Of a stretch of 64,000 nt of DNA, positions 1 to 9,633 are shown piece after piece. The number at the start of each line of letters is the position of its first letter. The stretch's first letter is position 1. This stretch comes from an uncultured Parachlamydiaceae bacterium. GTDB lineage: Bacteria > Chlamydiota > Chlamydiia > Chlamydiales > Parachlamydiaceae. The stretch spans positions 704,001-768,000 of the forward strand of contig CAVULX010000004.1 in NCBI GenBank assembly GCA_963742415.1, in the 5' to 3' direction. The notes below the pieces were generated by a model. That model had not been told where the DNA came from. It saw only the letters and a program-made list of their open reading frames with translations, and ran no database searches. The translations under genes were made by a program, and so were the position numbers.

Positions 1-57
1 ATCACAAATCAAGTGATCGGATTAACAGACGAAGGTGTTAAGCTAATAGTAAAACAT

Positions 58-1662
58 TTAGAATTCTGAAGTAATTTTTGCAAATTTCCTATGTTGCAGA
101 TTTTGTGACTGTATATTATCTACATATAATTTTTTAAAAAACTTTTTTACATATTCGGCACTAGGTCTCTTAGAGGGATCTGGCTGCAGCATTTTCCAAA
201 TGACTTCTGCAATTTGTCCATTCAACGAATCCGATTGACGAGGGTTTTGCTGCTTATGCAGCCGGATAACTTCTGCTATCCAGTTCTTTACAAGATCTGC
301 GTTGTTTGCTTGCAAAAGGGGAACTTCCTCATAAGTTTGGTCCGATTTTTGGATAAGTTCTCTAATCTTGTTGTCATGGAAGATTGCTTCACCGGAACGC
401 CCTGCCGGATTTGAAAAAAAGGTTGGGTATCTTTTTTCAAATGCATCCATTGATTCTTGAATTGCAGTTCGCAATTGCGTAATTTCAGTAGATATTACCA
501 TTAGCCTGGCTCGATTCTTCGAATATTCTTCTATAATTTGTACTATCATGGCTTCTTCGCTATAGAATAATCTGTAGAGGACAAGCCCCATTGCCCAAAT
601 GTCAACCCCAGCCCCAATTTGAATATTTTTGAAAACACTTTCATACCATTCCTTTAATCCTTCGATTCCTAATCCGGTCGAATGGAGGGCAATGAATTCA
701 GGTGTAAGGCAACCATAAGTTCCTTGCAAACTTTGAACCCCCTTCGGATCTGTTAAAAAGCATGCAAATTCTAAATCGGTCAATTCTAATTCATTAACTT
801 CTAGTTCGTCATCTTTTAATTCATTGCTTTTGAATTGGTTAACTTCATCCCTGGGACCCCACTTTACTAATATGTTTTCTATTTTGATATCCTTGTGAAC
901 AATCTTTTTCTTGTGAAGAAAGTCAATTGCTTTGCCAAGTTGATAACCAATAAAAATTGCATTTTTTATTCTTATGTCACTTACTAAATAGGAAGGAATT
1001 TTTAGTGTGTTTTCCAAATAAGTGACAATGTCTCCCTGGTATAATTTTGTAAAAAAAACTTCATATATACGCCCTGTTGTATCAAATGCATGGCCCCATT
1101 CGTCGATTTGCGTCAATTGACGGCAGCCTTTAACTTCATTCATTAACGCGATTTTGTTTTCACTAGCTAATCTAGAACCCTGATTAATCAATGCAGTGAT
1201 ATGATAGGCTGTCATTTCTGTATCAAACCCTGAAAGATTTTTTGAAGTAAAGCGAAAGAAAAGGCGAACAGCTTTCAGGACACTGCTCGTCGAACCCGCG
1301 CCTATTTTTTCTTTTAGGCTGACATAAAGTTTTACCCGTGTTTCATCTTGATTTTTTTGGGATACTAAAAAGACCTCTTGACCGTATAACGACGGAGGAA
1401 AGTATAGCCGATTCATCGGAAAAATAGTGTAAGCTAAACTACATATTTTTTTTAAGAACTCATGCGAAATCGATGGACACTTGGGATTTAATGCTAGAAA
1501 AAGCTGAGTGACAGTTCTTTCAAAACTGATTACATCTCTGCAAAGGCAGCTTAAAGCCTGTCCTGGATAAGAAGTGGCAAAAATGTGGCTTTGTTCGCTT
1601 GAGTTAATCTGATAAATGTTAGTTTGTTGTTGTAAAGAAAATGTTGAACTATTAACTGACAT
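58..1662 (-). CDS. Eukaryote-like Ser/Thr protein kinase, putative effector (paralog of 1873..4251)
   Basis: Gly loop IGAGSTSSV, catalytic loop HKDIKIEN, DLE at the DFG position, GTYGCLTPE, DIWAMG, subdomain XI PDPSKRPSA. Confidence 0.85.
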   Translation of the reverse strand: MSVNSSTFSLQQQTNIYQINSSEQSHIFATSYPGQALSCLCRDVISFERTVTQLFLALNPKCPSISHEFLKKICSLAYTIFPMNRLYFPPSLYGQEVFLVSQKNQDETRVKLYVSLKEKIGAGSTSSVLKAVRLFFRFTSKNLSGFDTEMTAYHITALINQGSRLASENKIALMNEVKGCRQLTQIDEWGHAFDTTGRIYEVFFTKLYQGDIVTYLENTLKIPSYLVSDIRIKNAIFIGYQLGKAIDFLHKKKIVHKDIKIENILVKWGPRDEVNQFKSNELKDDELEVNELELTDLEFACFLTDPKGVQSLQGTYGCLTPEFIALHSTGLGIEGLKEWYESVFKNIQIGAGVDIWAMGLVLYRLFYSEEAMIVQIIEEYSKNRARLMVISTEITQLRTAIQESMDAFEKRYPTFFSNPAGRSGEAIFHDNKIRELIQKSDQTYEEVPLLQANNADLVKNWIAEVIRLHKQQNPRQSDSLNGQIAEVIWKMLQPDPSKRPSAEYVKKFFKKLYVDNIQSQNLQHRKFAKITSEF

Positions 1663-1708
1663 AAAAATATTCCAGCTTTATATTAAAATTTGATAAAAAA
1701 ATATTATT

Positions 1709-1845
1709 TTAACGTAAGTTGCAAATAATTAAATTTATTTTCTCTCTGTGATCTCTGTGGTTTATCAAAATTCAACCACAGAGATCACAGAAAACAGAGA
1801 GGTTTTTTAAACTTGATTACACTCAATAATTTTCAACTTACATTA
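1709..1845. repeat. MITE/REP-like palindromic element, copy 1
   Basis: Terminal IR TAACGTAAGTTG...CAACTTACATTA, inner IR CTCTGTGATCTCTGTGGTT...AACCACAGAGATCACAGA; closely similar copy at about 9956..10092. Confidence 0.85.
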
Positions 1846-1872
1846 TCTTAATTAGGAAAACACATAAAAATT

Positions 1873-4251
1873 TCACGTGCCGGGTGTAAATTGAAATTCT
1901 GTTTCTTTTATCATATGCTTCCCATGCTTTTGCCTTCGGACTAGATACCGGCCTTGATCTAAAGAATCTTTTTGAGAATCTATTTTTTTCTTTGAATGGC
2001 TGAGATTTGGAGAATTGTCATTTCGTTGTTGATTTGATTTGGTTTTCTTCAGTTTTTTTCTCAAGGCCGTCCGTTTCACACGAGGAGTAATCATTTCCTC
2101 AGTTGTTTGATCCTCAATAATAATTTCCTCATGATTGTTTTTTTCCTGTAGGCCTTGATCACTGAAAGCAACATTTCTCCTGTGAGATTTCTCCTTTCTT
2201 GCTTCTAAGCCCGGCTCGTTAAAAGAGACTCGGCTCTTGCCGCTATTATCATTATTCTGTGCAGATCTTTCCTCCTTGTTATTTTTGATTATCCCTTCGT
2301 CTTTTCGAAAAGAGATCTTTTTCAGCAGTCGAGTTTCTTTTTTATATTTTTGCAATCCATTCTCTTTATTCTGTGCAGAGCTTTCCTCCATGTTATTATT
2401 GATTGTCCCTTCGTCTTTTTGAAAAGAGATCTTTTTCGGCAGTCGAGTTTCTTTTTTATGTTTTTGCAGTCCATTCTCTTTATTCTGTGCAGAGTTTTCC
2501 TCCCTGTTATTATTGATTGTCCCTTCATCTTGTCGAAAAGAGATCTTTTTCTGCAGTCGAGTTTCTTTTTTATAATTTTGCAGTTCCTTCTTTATGGCTT
2601 TGACGCATTCAACTACTTGTTTAGCATCAATACGTTGCTCTGGATCAGGTCTTAACGTCTTCCAAATGAGCTCTTTTATTTGAATATCAATCGGAATAGG
2701 ATTATCATTCGGAATAGGATTATTTTTGCGGGCCCGGGGAGAGTTAGTCTGATCAGGCTGATTCTCGATTTGCTTTTCCCATACCAAACGTGGGTTTGGC
2801 TGATTATCAAGTAACTCTATCCGCTTCTTCCACTTTTCTAATAACTTATTTATCTTGTTTGTAAGTTTTGTCTTAGGTTTGTTAATTTGTTTAATTTCTT
2901 TTCGAACCCTGTAAACTTCGGCCATTTCTGGGGTGGTCTCATCTTCAGGGGTGGTCTCATTGATCTTCTTTGATAATTTAAAAGTTAATCTAAATAATTT
3001 TTTTTTTAAACTATTTTTCTTGTTATTACATTCGTTTAACTTTCCAATTTTATTCTCTAATTTATGCAGAGTGTTTACAACCTGTGGGTGCTCACCAAAA
3101 AATGTTGAATGTAAAATACAGCCTAATCCCCAAATATCGATTCCGGGTCCAATTTTTGCTTTTGTATAACGTTCAAAGTACCAAGTTTTTAAGTTCTTAC
3201 ATGACGTTTCATTACCTGTGTTGTAACTATCTGCATGCCAACAAAGCGTTTCAGGTGAAAGATAACCTAATGTACCGACAAGATTGTAACGATTATACAG
3301 ATCATTCGTCATGCATGCTGCATCAAAATCAGTAACTTCTATTTCAGTAAAAGCACCGTTTGTTTTATCATATTTGACTATAATATTTTCCTTTTTTAAG
3401 TCACGATGCATAACATTATTTCTGTCTAGTTCACATAAAACAGTACCGATTGAAGATGCTAATTTAACAGTATTTTCCATTTGTATTTTTGGGAATGTAT
3501 TTTTAAATATACGTTTGAAGGTGGGAAATACGTATCTATCAAATTTTTCCACATCCGTCATGTACATTTTAGTAAAAAGAGCCTCTATTATTCCCTTTTT
3601 TCGATCTTGATATCTTCCCCAATTGTCTATTTTTGTAATTCCTTGGCAGTTTTTTTCTTCAAGACTAGTCAATAACCTTACTTTTCTACAGCTCTTCATT
3701 AATTCTTCGCTGTCTGGAAGGGGTGTTTTATGAAAAGCAGCTGTTTTAATCCTGAACTTTTTCCCATTATCTCTATCAATTGAAAACACAATCTTTTCCG
3801 CTTTCCATACTTCACTAAAAGATCCAGAACCAATTCGGCATACAGGAACATATATTATTACTCTCTTTTGTGCAGTTTTTGTTGCGTCAGAAAACATAAA
3901 GATTTTAGATTTTTTAATTCTATTATTTTTTTTTGTCAATATGGATAAATAAATATTTTGATTTGCTCGAATATTAAGTATCAATTTGCTTATCTTTTTA
4001 ATTTTTGGCTCATTCAAAATTGGATGATCAGAAGAGGTACTTTCCATAAACTTTTTTTTAAGATCATCAAATTCTTCTACGGGGAAACGGTTACGTTTTG
4101 TGAAACATTCATCATAGTTATTACCTCTAGTACAATTAATAATAACGTTTCCGTATCGACTCAATTTTGGATTTTTATTTTTAGAGATAGGTTGACTCGC
4201 ACTTAAAAAAGAAATATTGGTTCTAACTGAAACTTGAGTTACTACTGACAT
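1873..4251 (-). CDS. Eukaryote-like Ser/Thr protein kinase with coiled-coil insert and repetitive basic C-terminal tail
   Basis: IGSGSFSEV, HRDLKKEN, DFD, GTLGYLSPE, DIWGLG, PDPEQRIDA. Confidence 0.88.
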   Translation of the reverse strand: MSVVTQVSVRTNISFLSASQPISKNKNPKLSRYGNVIINCTRGNNYDECFTKRNRFPVEEFDDLKKKFMESTSSDHPILNEPKIKKISKLILNIRANQNIYLSILTKKNNRIKKSKIFMFSDATKTAQKRVIIYVPVCRIGSGSFSEVWKAEKIVFSIDRDNGKKFRIKTAAFHKTPLPDSEELMKSCRKVRLLTSLEEKNCQGITKIDNWGRYQDRKKGIIEALFTKMYMTDVEKFDRYVFPTFKRIFKNTFPKIQMENTVKLASSIGTVLCELDRNNVMHRDLKKENIIVKYDKTNGAFTEIEVTDFDAACMTNDLYNRYNLVGTLGYLSPETLCWHADSYNTGNETSCKNLKTWYFERYTKAKIGPGIDIWGLGCILHSTFFGEHPQVVNTLHKLENKIGKLNECNNKKNSLKKKLFRLTFKLSKKINETTPEDETTPEMAEVYRVRKEIKQINKPKTKLTNKINKLLEKWKKRIELLDNQPNPRLVWEKQIENQPDQTNSPRARKNNPIPNDNPIPIDIQIKELIWKTLRPDPEQRIDAKQVVECVKAIKKELQNYKKETRLQKKISFRQDEGTINNNREENSAQNKENGLQKHKKETRLPKKISFQKDEGTINNNMEESSAQNKENGLQKYKKETRLLKKISFRKDEGIIKNNKEERSAQNNDNSGKSRVSFNEPGLEARKEKSHRRNVAFSDQGLQEKNNHEEIIIEDQTTEEMITPRVKRTALRKKLKKTKSNQQRNDNSPNLSHSKKKIDSQKDSLDQGRYLVRRQKHGKHMIKETEFQFTPGT
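2250..2585 (-). repeat. About 3 x 114-bp (38-aa) intragenic tandem repeat
   Basis: AGAGATCTTTTT recurs at 2311, 2425 and 2539; protein unit KKETRLxKKISFxxDEGxIxNNxEExSAQNKENGLQK. Confidence 0.9.
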
Positions 4252-4352
4252 AAAAATTCTCTCTTTTCAAATAAAACGTATTATAAACATTACTTTTTTT
4301 AATTTAACGTTAATTGCTGCAACTAAACCAGTCTTGAAATAAAAAGCAATGA

Positions 4353-5267
4353 TTAGAATTCTTTCCTTTGAAGACGAGCTATCCTTTCATCCAGAGGGGG
4401 ATGGGATGCAAACAGCTTCATAATCCCTCCAGGATTAGAAATCTTCATCGTTTGAAATGCAGGCTGATGGGAGCTTTGATCCTGAACTTCAACTGCTCGT
4501 TTTAAAGCTTGCAAGGCTGCAATCATTTTCGGGGTACCGGTAAGCTGTGCACCGCCGGCATCGGCTCTAAATTCCCTATGGCGGCAGAACGCTGCAATTA
4601 CCATCGCTCCCAAGATCATAAATACAATTTGAAAAACAAAGACCATCAACTGAAAAATTAAAGGGGATACCCCTCCTTCACGCTCGTCCCGACCTCGGGC
4701 AAAAACTTGGCTCAGAGCAAACGCTAAGATTCTCGCTAAGAACATGACGAAAGCATTAACAACGCCTTGTAATAATGTCATTGTCACCATATCTCCATTG
4801 GCAATATGGGAAACTTCATGCCCCAAAACCGCTTCAATTTCATCCCTATTCATCCGTTGAAGCAAACCGGAGGAAACAGCCACAAGAGCGCGCCGCTTTG
4901 TAGGGCCGGTTGCAAATGCGTTTAATTCGGGAGAGTTGTAGATCCCCACTTCAGGCATTTCTGGTAATCCCACTTTCTGAGATAAGCTATAAACGATTTT
5001 TAATAGATCTTGTTCATCTGGATTCGTTGTACGGGGATCGATCACTTGGACACCCATTGTCCATTTGGCCATGATCCTTGAAAGGGCCAAAGAGATAAGG
5101 GCTCCTCCCATCCCCCAGATGAAGCAAAAAATGGCAAGCGATTTGTAATCGAGACCATTTTGTTGCAAATAGGGTTGAATATTAAAAATCCAGAGAATAA
5201 AGGAAATAACGGTTATGACCAGAATATTCGTTAAAAGGAAAAGAAAAATTCGTTTTGCTAGTCCCAT
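4353..5267 (-). CDS. htpX: Membrane zinc metalloprotease HtpX (M48)
   Basis: NAFATG, HEVSHIANGDMVTMTLLQGVVN, REFRADAG, SHPPLDERI. Confidence 0.96.
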   Translation of the reverse strand: MGLAKRIFLFLLTNILVITVISFILWIFNIQPYLQQNGLDYKSLAIFCFIWGMGGALISLALSRIMAKWTMGVQVIDPRTTNPDEQDLLKIVYSLSQKVGLPEMPEVGIYNSPELNAFATGPTKRRALVAVSSGLLQRMNRDEIEAVLGHEVSHIANGDMVTMTLLQGVVNAFVMFLARILAFALSQVFARGRDEREGGVSPLIFQLMVFVFQIVFMILGAMVIAAFCRHREFRADAGGAQLTGTPKMIAALQALKRAVEVQDQSSHQPAFQTMKISNPGGIMKLFASHPPLDERIARLQRKEF

Positions 5268-5305
5268 GCCACTTCTCCTATTTTAAAATTCCAGATTACA
5301 TCGTC

Positions 5306-5334
5306 AGTATATTTGCGAATGAGATATCATGCAA
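5306..5334 (-). promoter_or_regulatory. Candidate sigma70/sigma66 promoter of htpX
   Basis: Minus strand TTGCAT-N17-TATACT, about 40 nt upstream of the htpX ATG. Confidence 0.55.
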
Positions 5335-5476
5335 GATTAAGAAATTTTTATCGTGAGCAATACTATACCTTCGGTACAAATCCCGTGTAAAATTAATCTT
5401 CAAATGTTATTAATTTGTGTCTTATGCGCAGACAAATTTAGCTCATCATTGATTCTACTTGCGGGGCGCTTTTTTC

Positions 5477-6619
5477 ATGCTTGGATCAAATAATAAGAGA
5501 CACTCTTCCAAAGATTCATCTTCTAGCTATCATTTTCAAGATCTCTTTAAAACGGCCTATAGTCATGGTCTGGAAGCGATTTATAAACTTGAAAGTGTGG
5601 ATATCAAATCTGTAAGGCCTTTTCAATGTTCAATTCCCGACCCCAAACCAATTCCCGTTGTTTCAAAATCCGACTCGATCCAGGAAATGCAATGTGTCTT
5701 TGATTTTGGGCCCGAATTTAGAAATTGGATTTCCCCCTTTGTATTAAGGGAGCCTGTCCAAGTTCTAGCGCTTTCCAAAGCTGCAGAGAAAAATCTGTTG
5801 CAGCATCATTTGCCGCTATTGGGTGATTTGATTCAACACAATATTTTCGAGTTTCTGCAACGCAAAGGGATGGGCCAAGGGCATATCGATGAAATTAAAT
5901 GCGGGTTAGAATTCTACCTAAAAGATAAAGAGCTGCGGCGCACCCGTAAAATCGATTTTGCAGCATGGGTGCGAAGCTTGCTGGCGCAAATTCCTCGGCA
6001 GCGGTCCCTTTTCGTTTGCCTTGATCATTTTCAATTATCCCATCTTTTGGAAATGACACCTCTCGAGAGCATGGAGATCAAAAGGCTTACACTAGAACAA
6101 CGGAAGGAATTATATCAAGATGGATCAAAATTGCTTCAAACACATCTCAAGCCAGCCTTAGAAAAAGACCTCTGCCTTATAGCCAAAACGCTCCTTATCC
6201 CCTGGATCTTTACCCGTCACGGAATCGCCTCTAAAGAGGAAATCGAAGAAAGGCTTGAACGTATAAGCGAAGATCCAAGCTTAACTCACAATGTCCTTCA
6301 TTTTTTTAGCGACCTTTTTTTCAATGGTTCCTTTCCCTTTACCCAGCTTCTCCACAAAATTGAGCCTGAATTGTATTGTGGCTCCACAAGGGTAGCGGAG
6401 GAGTGTCGCTCTATGATCTCCATAGCTGCGACTTATTTTTACAAACCTGGAATTTGTTACCCCGTTCAAGAGCTCGTTTCGTTGATTCTTCGTGATTTCG
6501 CACGTTCGTGGATAGGTTTTGATATTGGATTTGTGGAAAAAATTCTGAGAACTTCTTCACTATTTAACGTGCGAAAAGGGGAGAGGGGAGTATTAGAAAT
6601 CCGGATGAATCAGAAATGA
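5477..6619 (+). CDS. Hypothetical protein with an RNA polymerase alpha-CTD-like (HhH) domain
   Basis: EPVQVLALSKAAEKNLLQHHLPLLGDLIQ...KGMGQGHIDEIK resembles the alpha-CTD pattern PIxxLxLSxRxxNxLxxxxIxTVGDL...KNLGxKSxxEIK; ATG at 5477 preferred over TTG at 5459. Confidence 0.55.
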   Translation: MLGSNNKRHSSKDSSSSYHFQDLFKTAYSHGLEAIYKLESVDIKSVRPFQCSIPDPKPIPVVSKSDSIQEMQCVFDFGPEFRNWISPFVLREPVQVLALSKAAEKNLLQHHLPLLGDLIQHNIFEFLQRKGMGQGHIDEIKCGLEFYLKDKELRRTRKIDFAAWVRSLLAQIPRQRSLFVCLDHFQLSHLLEMTPLESMEIKRLTLEQRKELYQDGSKLLQTHLKPALEKDLCLIAKTLLIPWIFTRHGIASKEEIEERLERISEDPSLTHNVLHFFSDLFFNGSFPFTQLLHKIEPELYCGSTRVAEECRSMISIAATYFYKPGICYPVQELVSLILRDFARSWIGFDIGFVEKILRTSSLFNVRKGERGVLEIRMNQK

Positions 6620-6622
6620 AAA

Positions 6623-7096
6623 TTAACTATTGTTGTTATTGGAAATTTCATGAAATTGCTTGATCACAAGCCAATAAGTAATCCCAACAGCAAAGATGAC
6701 AGCCGCCATCCCATAGATATATTGGGGGTTTACAGACGTATAATCCAAGACGATTACTTTTCGAGCAACGGCTGTGAGAGCAGTGGCTAAAACTAGGGGA
6801 ACATGAATAGCATCTTTTTTTAAATAAAAGACAATATTAAGGAAAATTTCAATCGCAATAAGCACAGCCAAAAAACCTCCAAACACTATAAACAGACTTT
6901 CAATGTGAAAGGGTTTAGGGAATGTTGACGTTAACTGATAGTATAAACCAATTCCCACATCAACTAATAACCATATGATGACGAGAACCATGAATACTGC
7001 AAGAATTTTGACGCAGTAAATAATAATCCGATTCAAAAAACGGACAAGAGGATCCTTGCTTTCTCTGACTAAACTTTCTTCTGAACCCAATTCCAT
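6623..7096 (-). CDS. Phosphate-starvation-inducible PsiE family membrane protein
   Basis: Four hydrophobic segments; FLAVLIAIEIF and ATALTAVARKVIVLD. Confidence 0.8.
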   Translation of the reverse strand: MELGSEESLVRESKDPLVRFLNRIIIYCVKILAVFMVLVIIWLLVDVGIGLYYQLTSTFPKPFHIESLFIVFGGFLAVLIAIEIFLNIVFYLKKDAIHVPLVLATALTAVARKVIVLDYTSVNPQYIYGMAAVIFAVGITYWLVIKQFHEISNNNNS

Positions 7097-7111
7097 ATAT
7101 CATTCCTAAAC

Positions 7112-7630
7112 TTAACAGCTACCCCATCCACACTGGGCAAATGTCGTGATAATATTCGTTACTGTAATCAAGAAAATGATTCCACAAACTGCCTTTGACC
7201 AATAATTGAGCAGGGGAGGGGACTCTTCATCTTGCTTGGGATCGTAAAGAAACATTAAAAAGCTGATCGCCAAAACGCAACAAACAAAAACAATGAAGGA
7301 CCAAGTGTACAAGCTCAATCCTAAAACAGGTAAGCCAAACTCCGTAAACCCCGGGCAAACATGCAATGATATTTGCCTTAATGCCACAAAGCCCCCCATG
7401 AATGAACTAATTAGACCTAGAGCATAGTGGGTTATCTTGACTCCAAATTTAATATTCATGGTCAAACTTGCCGTCACGCTGATCATTCCCAAACGCTGAA
7501 GCATGCAAAGGGGGCAAGGCTCCTCTTTCCAAAAAAATTGAACACCAAAAGCCCCTAGTAAAACCCCAGACAAAATCAGGATGACCAATGCATTTAAATC
7601 CCGTTGTATTTCTTTCATGGATTTTCTCAC
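7112..7630 (-). CDS. dsbB: Disulfide bond formation protein DsbB family
   Basis: PCPLCMLQR, ALRQISLH, GLSLYTWS, four TM helices. Confidence 0.88.
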   Translation of the reverse strand: MRKSMKEIQRDLNALVILILSGVLLGAFGVQFFWKEEPCPLCMLQRLGMISVTASLTMNIKFGVKITHYALGLISSFMGGFVALRQISLHVCPGFTEFGLPVLGLSLYTWSFIVFVCCVLAISFLMFLYDPKQDEESPPLLNYWSKAVCGIIFLITVTNIITTFAQCGWGSC

Positions 7631-7782
7631 CAGTTAATCCTTAGCATATCTGTAGCATGATGCCAAAGCATAAAAAAACATAAGACGAGGCCAGCGGCTA
7701 TCAAACCTATCGTCAGCTTCCTATATCCCAGCCAAAGACTAATAAAAACTAGTGTATAAGCCAAAAATAAACCAGCCATCAT
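7627..7782 (-). CDS. Small 51-aa membrane protein coupled to dsbB (DUF5993-like); not in ORF track
   Basis: Hand translation MMAGLFLAYTLVFISLWLGYRKLTIGLIAAGLVLCFFMLWHHATDMLRINW*; its TGA overlaps the dsbB GTG (GTGA). Confidence 0.75.
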   Translation of the reverse strand: MMAGLFLAYTLVFISLWLGYRKLTIGLIAAGLVLCFFMLWHHATDMLRINW

Positions 7783-8068
7783 AATCCAAAACCTACTTTT
7801 TCCTTCTTATCTCTATGGCTAGTCTGCTTGTCAATATATTTTTTTATAATGCTTTTTGGCTGAGCCTTATTTTTTCCTGCTTCATAAAATCGGATCTCTC
7901 TGGAAACCAATGGTTTATAGGTATATTTCATAATTAATAATAATTTGGTTATGCTATTAAATTTTAATTTTATTTTTGTCTTTATATAATTACTATACAA
8001 TCTTTAACTGTAATTTAATTTATTGTATAATAGTTTTAACTAATAATATTAATAATCAAGGAGGAATC

Positions 8069-9613
8069 ATGTCTTCTTCAACAAATTTGAGTATTGCAAA
8101 TCCTGTTAGAAATAACACAGAAATTCTTGGACTTATTCATAAAATTAATTCGGCTCCAATTAAAGACTTACCTCAAGTCGATAAAATAATTAATGAATTA
8201 GCTAAAAAAATTATAGAAGTTACATCTGTGGAAAATGTCAATCAGCTGCGTGCTATAAATAAGGCGGATCTCATTCAGCCCGGACAACGCTTAGATAACC
8301 TTATCGCAGAGTTTCGCCTGGCAGCTGCACAAGAAGTCAAAGATGCAAAATTGCGCATGGATTTAAAAAAAGCTCTCCAACTGATAAGGAATCCTAATGA
8401 CATCGTTTGCGAGCAATCTCAAGGTAAATTTGAAGGGGGAGAGAATGCTTGTGTCTGCATTAGCATGGAGGCAATAAAACATTTTCTATCAGGCCATTCA
8501 ATTGAAAGTGAAAACGAAATCTATAATTTAATAGACAATGGAATAAAGAGTTATAAAACTTTACAAAATAAACAACCTGGTCTTTTTTCCGGCGGAATAA
8601 TCCCTTTTGGAGAAGCCTTTAGAGCTTTTATAGAAAATAAGGAAACCGAACCCTTTAATGTTGAACTTCCTGATGCCTTAATAACAATCCCCAATGAAGT
8701 TAGAGATCTTTTGCCTCCTGAAGAAATTCCCATTGAAGGGGAACCAAAAACCGATTTCCCCCGATATTGCCAAGAATTGAGCAACCTTTCAAAAAAACCT
8801 GGTCAAAGGTTATGTGCGGCTTTAACTTGCAAGGGGGAAACAATGGTCATCGCATTTCCACCTTCGGGCAAGATTCACCTTTTTGATTCCCACGGAAGGC
8901 GTTATATGGGAGCTGACAAGGGGGCTTCAATCTTAAGCTTTGACTCTGCCAAAGAGCTCTCCAATTACCTGGAAAATTTGTTTGCCAAATCAAATGCGAC
9001 CAGGTTTAATTTAACAATCCTTTCAAAGAATGTGCCCGAAAAAATGGAAGAAGAGGAGAAAATTCATACAACAACAACGACCTCAGCGAAGAGAACGATC
9101 GAACAAGAGATGGGTGATATGGGAATCATCATATTTGATGAAAACCATAATATCAATGAAACTATGAAGAATTTACAAGTTCATTTTCATAATATAACAA
9201 AAGATGAAATGGAACATATTCAAAGGCTATTGGAAAAATATAAAAACTCTCCAAGAAACTTGAACAATCCATCTTATGAAAGCCAACAACACGGCAAAAT
9301 GGGAATTGATTTAGGCAGCGTGGTTATCAACGTTAGAAACTTTATGAAGGCGGGTATACCTTGGGATCGTTCTATAAAAATTATGGTCGAACATTTTAAG
9401 TTAGATCAAGAGTCAGCAGCCGAATTGATCCAAGCTTTTGCTTTAACGGACAAGGAAGATCTGCCTGAAGGAATTTTCCATTTAGCCCAACATTATCAAA
9501 AACTGCTTCAAGAAAATGATAAAGTTATGGAACGGATCACTGAAGAATATAGAAACCTCACCGAGCAGCAAAAAGAATGGATAAGATTGATTTTGTCACG
9601 TAAGCCAAAGTAA
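8069..9613 (+). CDS. Putative viral-tegument-like (VTD / peptidase C76) deubiquitinase effector
   Basis: QSQGKFEGGENACVCIS (Cys codon at 8450) and IHLFDSHGR (Asp-x-His at 8885..8893); AGGAGG RBS before ATG 8069. Confidence 0.7.
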   Translation: MSSSTNLSIANPVRNNTEILGLIHKINSAPIKDLPQVDKIINELAKKIIEVTSVENVNQLRAINKADLIQPGQRLDNLIAEFRLAAAQEVKDAKLRMDLKKALQLIRNPNDIVCEQSQGKFEGGENACVCISMEAIKHFLSGHSIESENEIYNLIDNGIKSYKTLQNKQPGLFSGGIIPFGEAFRAFIENKETEPFNVELPDALITIPNEVRDLLPPEEIPIEGEPKTDFPRYCQELSNLSKKPGQRLCAALTCKGETMVIAFPPSGKIHLFDSHGRRYMGADKGASILSFDSAKELSNYLENLFAKSNATRFNLTILSKNVPEKMEEEEKIHTTTTTSAKRTIEQEMGDMGIIIFDENHNINETMKNLQVHFHNITKDEMEHIQRLLEKYKNSPRNLNNPSYESQQHGKMGIDLGSVVINVRNFMKAGIPWDRSIKIMVEHFKLDQESAAELIQAFALTDKEDLPEGIFHLAQHYQKLLQENDKVMERITEEYRNLTEQQKEWIRLILSRKPK

Positions 9614-9633
9614 TAGTAATCTGGCTATCGTTC

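Noticed and set aside
1..69. Possible 3' end of a plus-strand gene (ITNQVIGLTDEGVKLIVKHLEF*)
   Set aside because: Only 22 codons are visible, too few to support a call
7779..8000. 73-aa minus-strand ORF
   Set aside because: Lies in AT-rich divergent promoter DNA with a TTG start and no recognisable motif
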